Shown one piece after another: positions 8,194-17,855 of a DNA stretch of 64,000 bases. The position numbers and the translations under genes are program-made. Positions within the stretch are counted from its first letter, which is position 1; each line of letters starts with the position of its first letter. Under the pieces are notes generated by a model. That model saw only the letters and a list, made by a program, of their open reading frames with translations. It was not told the origin of the DNA and ran no database searches. Source of the stretch: a virus (taxonomy: Duplodnaviria; Caudoviricetes). The DNA lies in IMG/VR virus record IMGVR_UViG_3300025671_008697, one strand, 5' to 3'.

Positions 8194-9060
8194 ATGAAAC
8201 TGAAACTTGTAACCTTAGCCGCATTGACAGCAGTCAGTGTAACTGTATCAGCACAAACTAATCCGGCTAATCCGCCATCTGAAACCAATGAGTTTTATCT
8301 CAAGCATCAGGCCTTGATTGAGCAAAACACCAAGTTAGCACAACAATTGGCACAACGTGATGCAGAAGCAAAAGCAAATACCACTGGTGCTCCCAGTTGG
8401 GTCTTGCGCTTGCCCGAATCCCCAGACTCTATTTTTGCGGTCGGTGTTGCTACCAGTATGAACGAACAATTGGCCTACGACAAAGCAAGGCTGTATGCAG
8501 AGCGCAGGCTAGTAGAAATTGCCAACAGTGAGATTGAAAGTCTTACTAAGAGTTATGCTCTTGAGCGTGATGAAAGTCTAAACGAAACTACCGAAATGGT
8601 AGTAAAGAAAACTGCTAACGGACAGTTAATTGGTACGAAACGTGTAGACACTCATGCAGAATATGATGGGCGCAGATACAAAGTCTACATGTTGGTTGCG
8701 TTACCATTGGACGAAAACAATCCTTTGCGTAAAGAGCGTGAAGCACGCCAGGCCAAACGTGAAGCAGAGATTCGTCAGCAACGTGCGTTTGAAGAACTGC
8801 AACGTCAAACCCAGGAACGCCGTGAACGTGAACTGGCAGAACAACAACGCAGGGAAGATCAACTCAAACAGAGTGCTCCACTACCGGTTACGCCAAGTGT
8901 ACCTGCTAGTCAAACGTTGAGTCCCGGTGAAAAGATAGTGGTTCCTGAGCAAAGTCAGGTACAGGCCACTCCGGAGCCAATGAACGGTGCAAAAGTTGAA
9001 CCCATTGTGCCCGGTACTCCACTCAAACCTTTGGCGGAAGAGACAAAATCCAACACTTAA
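8194..9060 (+). CDS. Secreted protein with LPP20-like domain and coiled coil
   Basis: Signal peptide; APSWV...IFAVGVATS...AYDKARLYA motif. Confidence 0.6.
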   Translation: MKLKLVTLAALTAVSVTVSAQTNPANPPSETNEFYLKHQALIEQNTKLAQQLAQRDAEAKANTTGAPSWVLRLPESPDSIFAVGVATSMNEQLAYDKARLYAERRLVEIANSEIESLTKSYALERDESLNETTEMVVKKTANGQLIGTKRVDTHAEYDGRRYKVYMLVALPLDENNPLRKEREARQAKREAEIRQQRAFEELQRQTQERRERELAEQQRREDQLKQSAPLPVTPSVPASQTLSPGEKIVVPEQSQVQATPEPMNGAKVEPIVPGTPLKPLAEETKSNT

Positions 9061-9075
9061 AGTGGTAGTATGACG

Positions 9076-9111
9076 AATGCTCCTGGGGTCAATAAATACT
9101 CTAGGAGCATT
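9076..9111 (+). promoter_or_regulatory. Hairpin with late promoter TAAATA in the loop and the SD in the 3' arm
   Basis: 13-bp stem AATGCTCCTGGGG/CTCTAGGAGCATT; TAAATA 9093-9098; AGGAG 9104-9108. Confidence 0.75.
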
Positions 9112-9116
9112 TTTTA

Positions 9117-9614
9117 ATGGCTAGACCAAACCCACTGAAAGCAGTGATGAGTAGTCCATTGCCTTCGATTACTTATCAACGCCGCAGATCCTTTCGTCCC
9201 TCACAACGGGAAGTGGAGTGGTATTACGACAAAATAAACTACTATGTTTTTAATGGTCAGTTAAGGCGCCCTATTATTAGGTTAGGCACTATTCGTAAAT
9301 GTTGGGGCATGTGTGAATGGGAAGAAGAACTGCAACCAACTCGTAGTCACTGTAAAATTAGATTAAGTGATAAATGGTTCTGTGCTCAGTGGTTTGTAAA
9401 CACTCTGGCACATGAAATGGTACATCAATGGCAATGGGATGTTTACAGATTTGAATATGAATCTCAATACAACAAGGGCATGCCCAGACTAAGCGGTGCC
9501 CATGGTCCAAGTTTTTTCAGTTGGCGCGATCGGTTTGCTGAATACGGGCTGTGTTTAAAAATTGCCTACGGACAGAAACGTTGGTTTCGTCATCAAGATT
9601 TCTACAAGTGTTAA
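9117..9614 (+). CDS. SprT-like zinc metalloprotease
   Basis: TLAHEMVHQWQW (HExxH) and downstream HGPSF. Confidence 0.85.
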   Translation: MARPNPLKAVMSSPLPSITYQRRRSFRPSQREVEWYYDKINYYVFNGQLRRPIIRLGTIRKCWGMCEWEEELQPTRSHCKIRLSDKWFCAQWFVNTLAHEMVHQWQWDVYRFEYESQYNKGMPRLSGAHGPSFFSWRDRFAEYGLCLKIAYGQKRWFRHQDFYKC

Positions 9615-9635
9615 TCAAATAAAATAATTATTTGT

Positions 9636-10835
9636 ATGTTCTTCTCGATCGACAAGACAAAGCAGGAAAACTTTGTCTGTGATTTTCAATTTGATAATTT
9701 CTTTATTTCAGTTGACTTTGGCTGGGAAACCTATGAAACCGAAAAACATGTAGTAATTTATAAAGGTTATGCGGATTACCATCATCTGCGTGATTTACTT
9801 GACGAATTAATAACAGAAACAGAACCGTCTCGGACTGGTAACTATTGCGCTATTGTTTATCACAAAACTGATAATACAATTAGTATTAAATCGGACAGGT
9901 ATAGATCGTTTCCGATCTATCTAAATAACGGAAACAAAGTTACAAATCTTGTCAAGCAAGATCGAACAGCCTGGACTGATAGTCTTATAACCATCACTGA
10001 CAATTTTGAAATAATTGAAAACAAATTTGATGCTATCGGGACCATTGATGTGTCTACAATTTCATTGGAATATGGGATAGAATCAATTGCATCTATATTA
10101 GATCGCAAAACAAAGTCCTTGATAGATTTACGATCATCTTTGCCGATGGCATTTAGAAAACCTATACATACTTTCCTTAGTGGAGGAGTTGACAGTTTAT
10201 TGGTTTATAGTTTCTTACAAAAACATACACAAGACTATAAATTGATAAAGTATGCTCATGTTGATTATACTGACTTTTGGTTAATGAATTCAGGAGATAT
10301 TGTAGATAATTGGGGATATAAGCAAATACATCATTGGATAAATCCTTGTATTCTTACCAGCGGTGCTCCAGGTGATGAATTTATGTTGCGAAGTCCTGTA
10401 ACTGCAAACATATTTTTACAAAATAACGGAACAGATTTATTAAAAATGAATCAAGACGTTACAAGTCTTCATTATTCTTATTTTAGTTTACCAAAACATA
10501 AAAAGGTTGTGGAAAATCTTGCTAGTGATTTTGAAGTGAATAAAAATTTAAATAAAAAAGAATTAATTTGGAAGTTGTGCAATATTATAATTAACGACTG
10601 GCAACATTGGCATATTGAAAATACTCTCACGTGGACTCCATTAAGAGATTTAGAAATATTTAAAATAATTTTACAAATGCCTTACGAAGTTCAAATCAAA
10701 CAAATATTTGATAGTTATATTAGCAAACGTCTTATCTCAGACATAAATCCTCAGTTTGTAAACCTTATCAGTCATCAAAAAAATACAGCATCAATGATGA
10801 GTAATTTAATTAACTTCTACAGACAGCATCATTGA
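9636..10835 (+). CDS. Asparagine synthase-like PP-loop ATP pyrophosphatase
   Basis: FLSGGVDS PP-loop, degenerate Ntn-like N-terminus (SDRYRSFP), SGAPGDEFMLR; AT-rich. Confidence 0.65.
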   Translation: MFFSIDKTKQENFVCDFQFDNFFISVDFGWETYETEKHVVIYKGYADYHHLRDLLDELITETEPSRTGNYCAIVYHKTDNTISIKSDRYRSFPIYLNNGNKVTNLVKQDRTAWTDSLITITDNFEIIENKFDAIGTIDVSTISLEYGIESIASILDRKTKSLIDLRSSLPMAFRKPIHTFLSGGVDSLLVYSFLQKHTQDYKLIKYAHVDYTDFWLMNSGDIVDNWGYKQIHHWINPCILTSGAPGDEFMLRSPVTANIFLQNNGTDLLKMNQDVTSLHYSYFSLPKHKKVVENLASDFEVNKNLNKKELIWKLCNIIINDWQHWHIENTLTWTPLRDLEIFKIILQMPYEVQIKQIFDSYISKRLISDINPQFVNLISHQKNTASMMSNLINFYRQHH

Positions 10836-11933
10836 AAGAAACTCGTCTGGTTTTTGATTTTTTAATTGATCCAATGACTGGGTAAGTGATTTCCATGAAT
10901 TGAATAATTCTTTGTCAAACGGTTGATTTCTAAGATTGTTTGATATGCTGGCAATTGCATTTATAGCATTGTGCCTTTGCCCTTCTTCTATAGAACTATT
11001 AGACAATTTTTTCACTATACGATTTAAACTAATAACAATTTGTTCTCGGTGCTCTAACGGTATAGACTTTTCACCCATTTCTTTTTGTTGAGCAACTCCA
11101 AAACTTACTACACTAGGCCAATCTTCTATTAGAAAGTCTATTAGTTTTTCTAATAAATGATAATTGTATGAACTTGTTGTTATATTGACTCGTTGTTCTA
11201 CATTGTTATATTTCTTACATTGTAGGTAGTTGTTGAGCACTTCCTGCCATACTGTCCCATTCCTTACATACTCGGCTGATTCACCAACTGCGTCCAAACT
11301 AAAAACTAATGTTATAGTTCCTTTATAGTTTTTAATAAAGTCATAGTCTATACAACTACCATTAGTAAACATTATAATATTGGCAGTTAAATTAGTTTCT
11401 GCAAATTTTAAAAACCTTAAACAGTTTTTATCATAGAAAGGTTCGCCGCCTAATAAGATTATGGTTTTTATTCTGTCGTTAAGTTCAAGAAGATATTCAA
11501 AATTAGTAATATTTTCATTGATATCTGTATCTTTGATTAAATTAAGTTTGATATAGTATTGTTTGACCCTGCTGCTGGCCGCAGGCCAGCAGGTTTGGCA
11601 AGCAAAGTTACAAGTGTTACCTGGTCTAAGTTCAAGTGTAATATCTCCGTCACTAAATTCGGCATATGCTTGCTCAGCGTTATATCTCATGCTGTCTTGT
11701 CTTCCCTGCTGTTCGATGTCTCGACATGCTGCACAAGAATCTGGCCATTCGTTGTTTGCTAACTGATTCCTTGCATCTGATATTTCTTTTAATTTATGGA
11801 ACTTTTGAATATTAATCTTAGAAGTATGAAAACTTTTATTATAGTTTTCATCTGCCGTCCAAGCACAACAAGGTTTGACTATTTGATTGTAACCAATGGC
11901 AAGGCCGTGCTCTAAAAATTTACATTCCATCAT
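10806..11933 (-). CDS. Radical SAM protein with N-terminal SPASM/twitch-like region
   Basis: CNFACQTC (CxxxCxxC), LLGGEPF, FTNGS, SLDAVG; N-terminal PCC...CAAC. Confidence 0.85.
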   Translation of the reverse strand: MMECKFLEHGLAIGYNQIVKPCCAWTADENYNKSFHTSKINIQKFHKLKEISDARNQLANNEWPDSCAACRDIEQQGRQDSMRYNAEQAYAEFSDGDITLELRPGNTCNFACQTCWPAASSRVKQYYIKLNLIKDTDINENITNFEYLLELNDRIKTIILLGGEPFYDKNCLRFLKFAETNLTANIIMFTNGSCIDYDFIKNYKGTITLVFSLDAVGESAEYVRNGTVWQEVLNNYLQCKKYNNVEQRVNITTSSYNYHLLEKLIDFLIEDWPSVVSFGVAQQKEMGEKSIPLEHREQIVISLNRIVKKLSNSSIEEGQRHNAINAIASISNNLRNQPFDKELFNSWKSLTQSLDQLKNQKPDEFLSMMLSVEVN

Positions 11934-11980
11934 AATACTTAGTGGGCAATTTTTGCTAAATACAAAATCAAGGAGTAAGT

Positions 11981-12415
11981 ATGCGAGTTTTTCTAATTTT
12001 ATTAACATCATTTTTAGCGTTTACAGCGTCAGCCAAAGAAGTCAAAATGGTTGAATATGACTGGAAAGTAACTAAAGTCGTGGACGGCGACACTGTTAAG
12101 TTTGAAGCACCTTGGGTGCCAGATCCCATTAAAAAGGAACTAAGCATTAGGGTCTATGGAGTAGATACTCCTGAAAAAGGATGGCGTGGTCAGTGTGATA
12201 AAGAAAAGAAGGCAGGTGATGCTGCCACTGCTTTTACAAAGGCCATGATTAAAAAAGGTAAATCAATTAAAATTGCTATTTCCGATTGGGACAAGTTTGG
12301 AGGTAGAGTACTGGGAGACGTAATTGTTGACGGTAAAAGCCTACGTAAAGAACTTATTGCAAACGGACACGCACGAGAGTACTACGGCGAGAAAAAGCAG
12401 AGTTGGTGTGATTAA
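11981..12415 (+). CDS. Thermonuclease (SNase family)
   Basis: VVDGDTV, IRVYGVDTPE, DKFGGRVLG, ELIANGHA; signal peptide. Confidence 0.9.
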   Translation: MRVFLILLTSFLAFTASAKEVKMVEYDWKVTKVVDGDTVKFEAPWVPDPIKKELSIRVYGVDTPEKGWRGQCDKEKKAGDAATAFTKAMIKKGKSIKIAISDWDKFGGRVLGDVIVDGKSLRKELIANGHAREYYGEKKQSWCD

Positions 12416-12480
12416 ATGCTGACCCTGCTCTAACACAGCAGACGACAGTTATAATAAACAGCATTAATTTCAATGCTTTA

Positions 12481-12509
12481 AGGACTTCTTAGTGGAAGTC
12501 CTTTTTTTT
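12481..12509 (+). terminator. Rho-independent terminator
   Basis: AGGACTTC-TTAGTG-GAAGTCCT-TTTTTTT. Confidence 0.85.
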
Positions 12510-12516
12510 ATAAATA
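12509..12516 (+). promoter_or_regulatory. T4-like late promoter TATAAATA
   Basis: Exact T4 late consensus, ATG 7 nt later. Confidence 0.75.
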
Positions 12517-12523
12517 CGATACC

Positions 12524-14821
12524 ATGCGCTTTAAAGAAGTAAAAAAAGTATTAAAAGAATTTGGTGGTTATGTGCCTGTCAACGACGCAGAAGCACGTGA
12601 TCCAAGATTTCAAATGGCCATTAGCCAAGACATCAAACCTGGCGAAGTACAGCGACAGGCCAAGAAGATGGGGTGGACGACGGACCCTGCAGGTGTGCCT
12701 CCCCTACTAACAACAAAGAACAAATTTGGGCGTGTACCTAAGTCTGCTTACAAAGACAGAATCACAGAAAGCAAGATACAGGAAGACGAGGACCTGTTTG
12801 AAATTAACATGAGTCCCAGCAACTTAGAAAAACTTGCTGGCGAAATCAATGCTCGTGCTGGTATGGAATTTGAAATGATTGTGCCAAATGCACAGGACGA
12901 AGACAGTGAATACGAGCCCGACTACGACCAAGATCAGCGCTCACGCAGTTGGTCCGACATCAGAGATTTCTTCTATGACGGTGACTACAACAGCAGTCGC
13001 GAAGTCAGCCGACTCATTGAACGTATGCAAGAAGAATTCTGGGAGTGGGAGGATGAACAGATTGGCGAAAATTGGCAGGAAGAAGAATATGAAATGGTCA
13101 AGGACTGGATCATCAACAATGTCAGCGACGACGACATCATGGACGCTGGCTATTACGAAGAAGATGACAGAGAAAAGTTTCAAAGAGACAAGGAATTTTA
13201 TAACAAAGTCATTGACGACTATGTACAAAACGCTATAGACAAAAAGACCAAAGACTGGCAAGAAGCATACGATCTGTATCGTGAAGATCAAATCGGTGAC
13301 ACTGATGAATCAGAATGGTTAGACCTTTACTATCGCTACATGAGCGATGTCGAAAACAATTTCGAAATAAACTGGCCTTATTGGACAAGTGGAGGTGGTG
13401 ACACCGACGTTGACACAGTGGCCAGCGATTTTGAACTTGCCATTGATAAACCCGTCAAAGCCAGTAGAAGTTATCACGGTGCTCGCAGAGATGACACAAG
13501 TTATATTGTAGAACCCGACAGCAGTTTAGACGCAGACGACACTAACGACGCAGGATTAGAATTTGTAAGTCCTCCCATGACAGTGGATGAAATGCTTAAC
13601 GATTTAGCCAAAGTCTACAAGTGGGCCAAGAGTTACGGTTGCTATACCAATGAAAGCACAGGCCTGCACATGAACGTCAGTATTCCTGACTTTAGTTTAG
13701 AAAAGTTAGACTATATCAAACTGGCACTGTTGGTCGGTGACGAGTATGTGTTGGATCAATTTGATAGACGTAGCAACACCTATGCTCGCAGTGCTATCAG
13801 TAAGATTAAAGAACGTGGCATAAATGATCCTGACAAAATAAAACAACTGTTTGACCACATGCGCGACAATCTTAACACCATGGCCAGTCAAACCATTCAC
13901 GGTCCTACCACTGCAAAGTACACCAGCATTAACATACACGACAACTATGTAGAGTTTCGTAGTCCTGGTGGCGACTGGTTAGGCCAGGACCTTGATAAAC
14001 TGAAAAACACAGTATTACGTTTTGTTGTGGCCTTAGATGCTGCCTGTAAACCAGACAAGTACAGACAGGACTACTTGAAAAAATTATACAAACTGTTTGA
14101 AATTAAGAGTGAAAAAGATCCACTGAGTTATTTTGCACAGTTTGTCAAAGGTGAACTGCCTTTCAGCGCACTAAAGAGTTTTATCAAACAGGCACAACTA
14201 ACTCGCAAAGCAAAAGCCGGCAAGTTAGAGCCCGGTGTAGACTATGTATGGGAAGTTAGAAAACAAGGATCCAGTGCCCTTATAAATGTAATTGCTCAAA
14301 CCGAGGAAGAAGCCATTGACAAAGCCACAAGAACAGATGGTTATCCAGAATGGCGCGGTGAACCCGGAGTTACAGCCAAAGTGGTACGCAAAGCCTCTAG
14401 TGGCACCAAAGATCGTTTCCAGGATATACCTTCGGTGACAGATCCAAGGCCAGCAGGCGAAGCAGGCAGCATTAAATATGAATTATTCAACAGAGGTTCA
14501 GGCATAGTGATGCGTACTTACTGGGCCGCCAACGATGACATGGCTTTAGAAATGGGCCGAAGATATCGCGAGGAAGCAGCCGCAGAATTTGACATGGACA
14601 CTGGCAGTATAGGCCTACGCAGAGCACGTTCACAGCCTGCACCACGTGGTGGCGATTTTACAGGTACTTGGTTAATTAAAGATGCTAATGGCAGAGTCAT
14701 ACACAGAATCAGCGGTATAGGTAATGCACAAAGCGATGCTAACCGTCATGCCATGAACTGGTTAAGACAGAATCCTGACCAAATGCAACAGGGTGTGGAA
14801 GTAGTTCCAGAACTAAGGTAA
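12524..14821 (+). CDS. Putative amidoligase (COOH-NH2 ligase type 2) domain protein
   Basis: AGMEFE, EPDSSL, GLEFVSPP, TNESTGLHMNVS, VEFRSPGG motifs; acidic insert; small C-terminal domains. Confidence 0.75.
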   Translation: MRFKEVKKVLKEFGGYVPVNDAEARDPRFQMAISQDIKPGEVQRQAKKMGWTTDPAGVPPLLTTKNKFGRVPKSAYKDRITESKIQEDEDLFEINMSPSNLEKLAGEINARAGMEFEMIVPNAQDEDSEYEPDYDQDQRSRSWSDIRDFFYDGDYNSSREVSRLIERMQEEFWEWEDEQIGENWQEEEYEMVKDWIINNVSDDDIMDAGYYEEDDREKFQRDKEFYNKVIDDYVQNAIDKKTKDWQEAYDLYREDQIGDTDESEWLDLYYRYMSDVENNFEINWPYWTSGGGDTDVDTVASDFELAIDKPVKASRSYHGARRDDTSYIVEPDSSLDADDTNDAGLEFVSPPMTVDEMLNDLAKVYKWAKSYGCYTNESTGLHMNVSIPDFSLEKLDYIKLALLVGDEYVLDQFDRRSNTYARSAISKIKERGINDPDKIKQLFDHMRDNLNTMASQTIHGPTTAKYTSINIHDNYVEFRSPGGDWLGQDLDKLKNTVLRFVVALDAACKPDKYRQDYLKKLYKLFEIKSEKDPLSYFAQFVKGELPFSALKSFIKQAQLTRKAKAGKLEPGVDYVWEVRKQGSSALINVIAQTEEEAIDKATRTDGYPEWRGEPGVTAKVVRKASSGTKDRFQDIPSVTDPRPAGEAGSIKYELFNRGSGIVMRTYWAANDDMALEMGRRYREEAAAEFDMDTGSIGLRRARSQPAPRGGDFTGTWLIKDANGRVIHRISGIGNAQSDANRHAMNWLRQNPDQMQQGVEVVPELR

Positions 14822-14823
14822 CG

Positions 14824-15402
14824 ATGAAAATAGTTTATATACATGGCGCTACTGCCAGCCATAACAGTTTCGCTTTCATTCAGGAAGTTATCAAAGCAGA
14901 AGACTACTTATATATTGATTATCCCCGAACTAAGACCGCACAAGAAAATTTAGAAGACATGACAAAACGGATAGGTTCTACAACAGGACCTCTTTTTATT
15001 ATCTGCCACAGCATGGGCGGACTGTATGCCTTACACCTACTGGAACAGTTTCCAAAACGCATCAAGCAAGTGGTCAGCCTTGCTACACCATTTGCAGGCA
15101 GTGAGTTAGCTATCTTAGGTAAAGTAATGAACAAAGACTATCTACTGTTCAACGACATTATGCCTCATAGCGAATTTGTCAAAACTACCAAGTACATCGA
15201 AGTCAAATGTCCTTGGACACAGATTGTTACCACAATAGGTGATGTGCCCTGGATGGAGGCACCTAATGATGGCGTAGTGACCAGAAAGTCAATGACTGCT
15301 CGCACAGACATCAACTATGTGGAAATCGACGACAATCACTACGAAATAGTGCAAAGCGGCAGGGTGGTCAAACTGTTAAAAGAACTAGTACTAAAGTATT
15401 AA
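14824..15402 (+). CDS. Alpha/beta hydrolase (lipase/esterase-like)
   Basis: YIHG, ICHSMGG nucleophile elbow, LATPFAGS, NDGVV, NHYEIV. Confidence 0.85.
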   Translation: MKIVYIHGATASHNSFAFIQEVIKAEDYLYIDYPRTKTAQENLEDMTKRIGSTTGPLFIICHSMGGLYALHLLEQFPKRIKQVVSLATPFAGSELAILGKVMNKDYLLFNDIMPHSEFVKTTKYIEVKCPWTQIVTTIGDVPWMEAPNDGVVTRKSMTARTDINYVEIDDNHYEIVQSGRVVKLLKELVLKY

Positions 15403-15445
15403 CACCAAAGTAGTACTTGACGTAAATAGTTTTTGAGCATATAAT
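15401..15445 (+). promoter_or_regulatory. Box-containing sigma70 promoter
   Basis: AAAGTAGTAC-TTGACG-17-TATAAT; a further TAGTACTAAAGTA copy at 15386; ATG 6 nt after the -10. Confidence 0.8.
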
Positions 15446-15451
15446 CACAGT

Positions 15452-15712
15452 ATGAAAACACTAATTCTACTCACTGCACTGGTTGTTGGTTCTGCTCATG
15501 CCCAAGTGGTATATCAAAGCCAACAGTATCAAGAACCCAGACTGAGGAATGTGGTACCCAATCCATTTCCTCCCAGTTATTATCAACAGAAAATGCAACA
15601 GTATAATTTCCGTCAACCTCCCCGTGTAATTATTGTTACACCACAACAGACTGTGATTCCTACTGGTCAGGTTTCACCACAGGATCAACAAATCATCAAC
15701 TTAATCAAATAA
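15452..15712 (+). CDS. Small secreted Gln/Pro-rich protein
   Basis: Signal peptide MKTLILLTALVVGSAHA. Confidence 0.6.
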   Translation: MKTLILLTALVVGSAHAQVVYQSQQYQEPRLRNVVPNPFPPSYYQQKMQQYNFRQPPRVIIVTPQQTVIPTGQVSPQDQQIINLIK

Positions 15713-15717
15713 TCATC

Positions 15718-16815
15718 ATGGCAACCTTAAGTAAAACAAAACAAAAAGAGCTGCGTGTCAAAAACTTTTTGTCACAATATTCCAATCCGTTTGAAATGGA
15801 AGATGCTGCAATTGATTTGCGTACGATGGCAACCAATTTTCAAAACGGCATTATTGACAATATGAGCATCGCCGATGCCGTTGATGCTATACTGGGTCCT
15901 AGTCCTATTCCACGTCTTAGTGTGGATCCAAGGTCATTGGGCGTCCCTCAGTTTGCATGGGCACCAATGGAAGATGTTGGTATTGATCCCAGGTTTCAAC
16001 GAGATGTAGCACCAAACCACGTGCAAAAAATTGAGGACGATTTTAAGGCAGACATGATTATTGTGCCTTGTGCAATCAAAGACCCTAACACAGGCAAATA
16101 TCTGTTATGGGATGGTCACCATACTACTCGTGTTTGCGTCCGTATGGGTTGGACTCATATTCCTGTTTGGTATACCGAAGCAGAAATTGATGACGAACAT
16201 AGCCTGGCAGAAGCAGAAAAGATTCTTATCTTAAAAGCAGGCCGCAGTTTTCTTACAATTAACAAAAAGAACAAGCGTCCAGTCAGCCGTTATGACGAAC
16301 ACATGGTTAGTGTCGAGTGCGGTGAGCCCGAAAGCGTCACGGTACAGAATATTATTGATGCAAACAACTGCCAAGTCAAACGTGTTAGCAGTAAAGCAGG
16401 AGATATCAGTCACATCGAGCACTTGTACGGCAGTTACGATTTGGTGCAGGCCAGTTCGGGCATTAAAGGCATTTACCTTGCCCGTAGTCTAAAGTTTCAT
16501 CGTGCTACTTGGCCCAAAGAAGAAGTCAGAGGTATTATGATGTTGGCTATGGCACGACTATATCAACAAACCGAAGTTCAAACTGGTAAATTGTTGCCAC
16601 AAGACTTTGATTTAGAATTTGGCGCCATACTTAAAAAGGTATATGGGCAAAGCGAAAAAGTGCATATTCGTATTAAGGAACAGTTTGAAGACCATTTTGG
16701 TAGTTTAGGTGCTCACCCGGTTGTAGTTACCAGTGGGTTGGTTTTAACATACAATAAACATCAAAAGAAAGGCTTTAAGTTGATGCAACCTGAAGCCACT
16801 TATCCAGTAAAATGA
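15718..16815 (+). CDS. ParB/Srx-like N-terminal domain protein
   Basis: IDPRFQRD...HVQKI, YLLWDGHHT motif. Confidence 0.65.
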   Translation: MATLSKTKQKELRVKNFLSQYSNPFEMEDAAIDLRTMATNFQNGIIDNMSIADAVDAILGPSPIPRLSVDPRSLGVPQFAWAPMEDVGIDPRFQRDVAPNHVQKIEDDFKADMIIVPCAIKDPNTGKYLLWDGHHTTRVCVRMGWTHIPVWYTEAEIDDEHSLAEAEKILILKAGRSFLTINKKNKRPVSRYDEHMVSVECGEPESVTVQNIIDANNCQVKRVSSKAGDISHIEHLYGSYDLVQASSGIKGIYLARSLKFHRATWPKEEVRGIMMLAMARLYQQTEVQTGKLLPQDFDLEFGAILKKVYGQSEKVHIRIKEQFEDHFGSLGAHPVVVTSGLVLTYNKHQKKGFKLMQPEATYPVK

Positions 16816-17225
16816 GACCATATGGACTTTATATTCGCAAGTGTCCTGGGGTAGAACACCCCACTGATTTCAAAGTTGGTGTTGCCGCTTTAGATAAAAC
16901 CAGAACACGACTAGCCGCTTATCAACAAGCAGTCGGTCCTGTTTGGCAAGAGCAATTTATTTTGTTTTGGACTGGCGAAGATGTTGATGTTAAAGAAGCA
17001 GAAACCAAAATTAAACGCCAATTTAAAAATCGGATTGCTAGTAGTGAAGCAGGTCTGAGTGAATGGATCAGCAATATTGAATTGAAAGAAATTTTGAATT
17101 TCATTGACGAATTAGTTAATGAACACTTTATCAAGTTGACTTTAGTTCCCAGCGAGTTTCTACCTTTGACTATGGATAACGTAGAAGATTTTACTGATTG
17201 GACACAAGAAGGTCTAGTATTATAA
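16812..17225 (+). CDS. GIY-YIG/T5orf172-like nuclease domain protein
   Basis: YGLYI, FKVG, RLAAYQ, EAETKIK, SEW pattern. Confidence 0.55.
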   Translation: MRPYGLYIRKCPGVEHPTDFKVGVAALDKTRTRLAAYQQAVGPVWQEQFILFWTGEDVDVKEAETKIKRQFKNRIASSEAGLSEWISNIELKEILNFIDELVNEHFIKLTLVPSEFLPLTMDNVEDFTDWTQEGLVL

Positions 17226-17228
17226 AAT

Positions 17229-17855
17229 ATGATTAATATAAAAAATAATTTAGTACAGGCTTTCAAATTACTAAAAGAAGTTGTAGATTTTACGGGTATA
17301 AATCTAATAGATAATTATAGTTATAGAGAATATACTGCTATAGACATTCTCAAAGATTATATTCCTAGTGTGCGTAAAACTATAGGAAGAACAGGTGATG
17401 ACGCAAGTGCGCCTGAAGATGGATATTTTCATATTGAGCAAAAGTCGGGAACAACTAAAAGTAAAACAATGACAGAAGCCAGTTTCCCTGACATGATGTT
17501 TGATAAACAAACCGACCCTGCCAGGCGTGAATACATTTACAAATATGATGGGCTTAGTCTCAGTCTTTTTGAACATTATCGACCTTATCCCACTGCGGTA
17601 GTGTTTGTGCCCAAAGAACAAGTGCCCAAATTACACCCTTTGTTCAAACAAAAGCAAGACATAAAAGTGGCAGACTTTGAGCATAGATTAAATGAGGGGA
17701 AAAACATCGGACATGATTCGATTGTAGTTTCTCTTGGTGAGATTAGGCAATGCGTGGGAGATAATAATTTAATCTGTTGGCTCCATGGGGAAGTAACCAA
17801 CCCGGTGGATTTTTTTGGTAAGTTGGATCGTAAGGAAGTAAAACTAAATCAATGA
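17229..17855 (+). CDS. Putative PD-(D/E)xK restriction endonuclease
   Basis: RTGDDA...HIEQKS catalytic-like motif; ATGA-coupled to the downstream MTase. Confidence 0.55.
   Translation: MINIKNNLVQAFKLLKEVVDFTGINLIDNYSYREYTAIDILKDYIPSVRKTIGRTGDDASAPEDGYFHIEQKSGTTKSKTMTEASFPDMMFDKQTDPARREYIYKYDGLSLSLFEHYRPYPTAVVFVPKEQVPKLHPLFKQKQDIKVADFEHRLNEGKNIGHDSIVVSLGEIRQCVGDNNLICWLHGEVTNPVDFFGKLDRKEVKLNQ

Noticed and set aside
9636-10835. QueC or GAT-QueC for 7-deazaguanine synthesis (also 57909-59033)
   Set aside because: The PP-loop is present but the C-terminal Cys-rich zinc motif of QueC is missing
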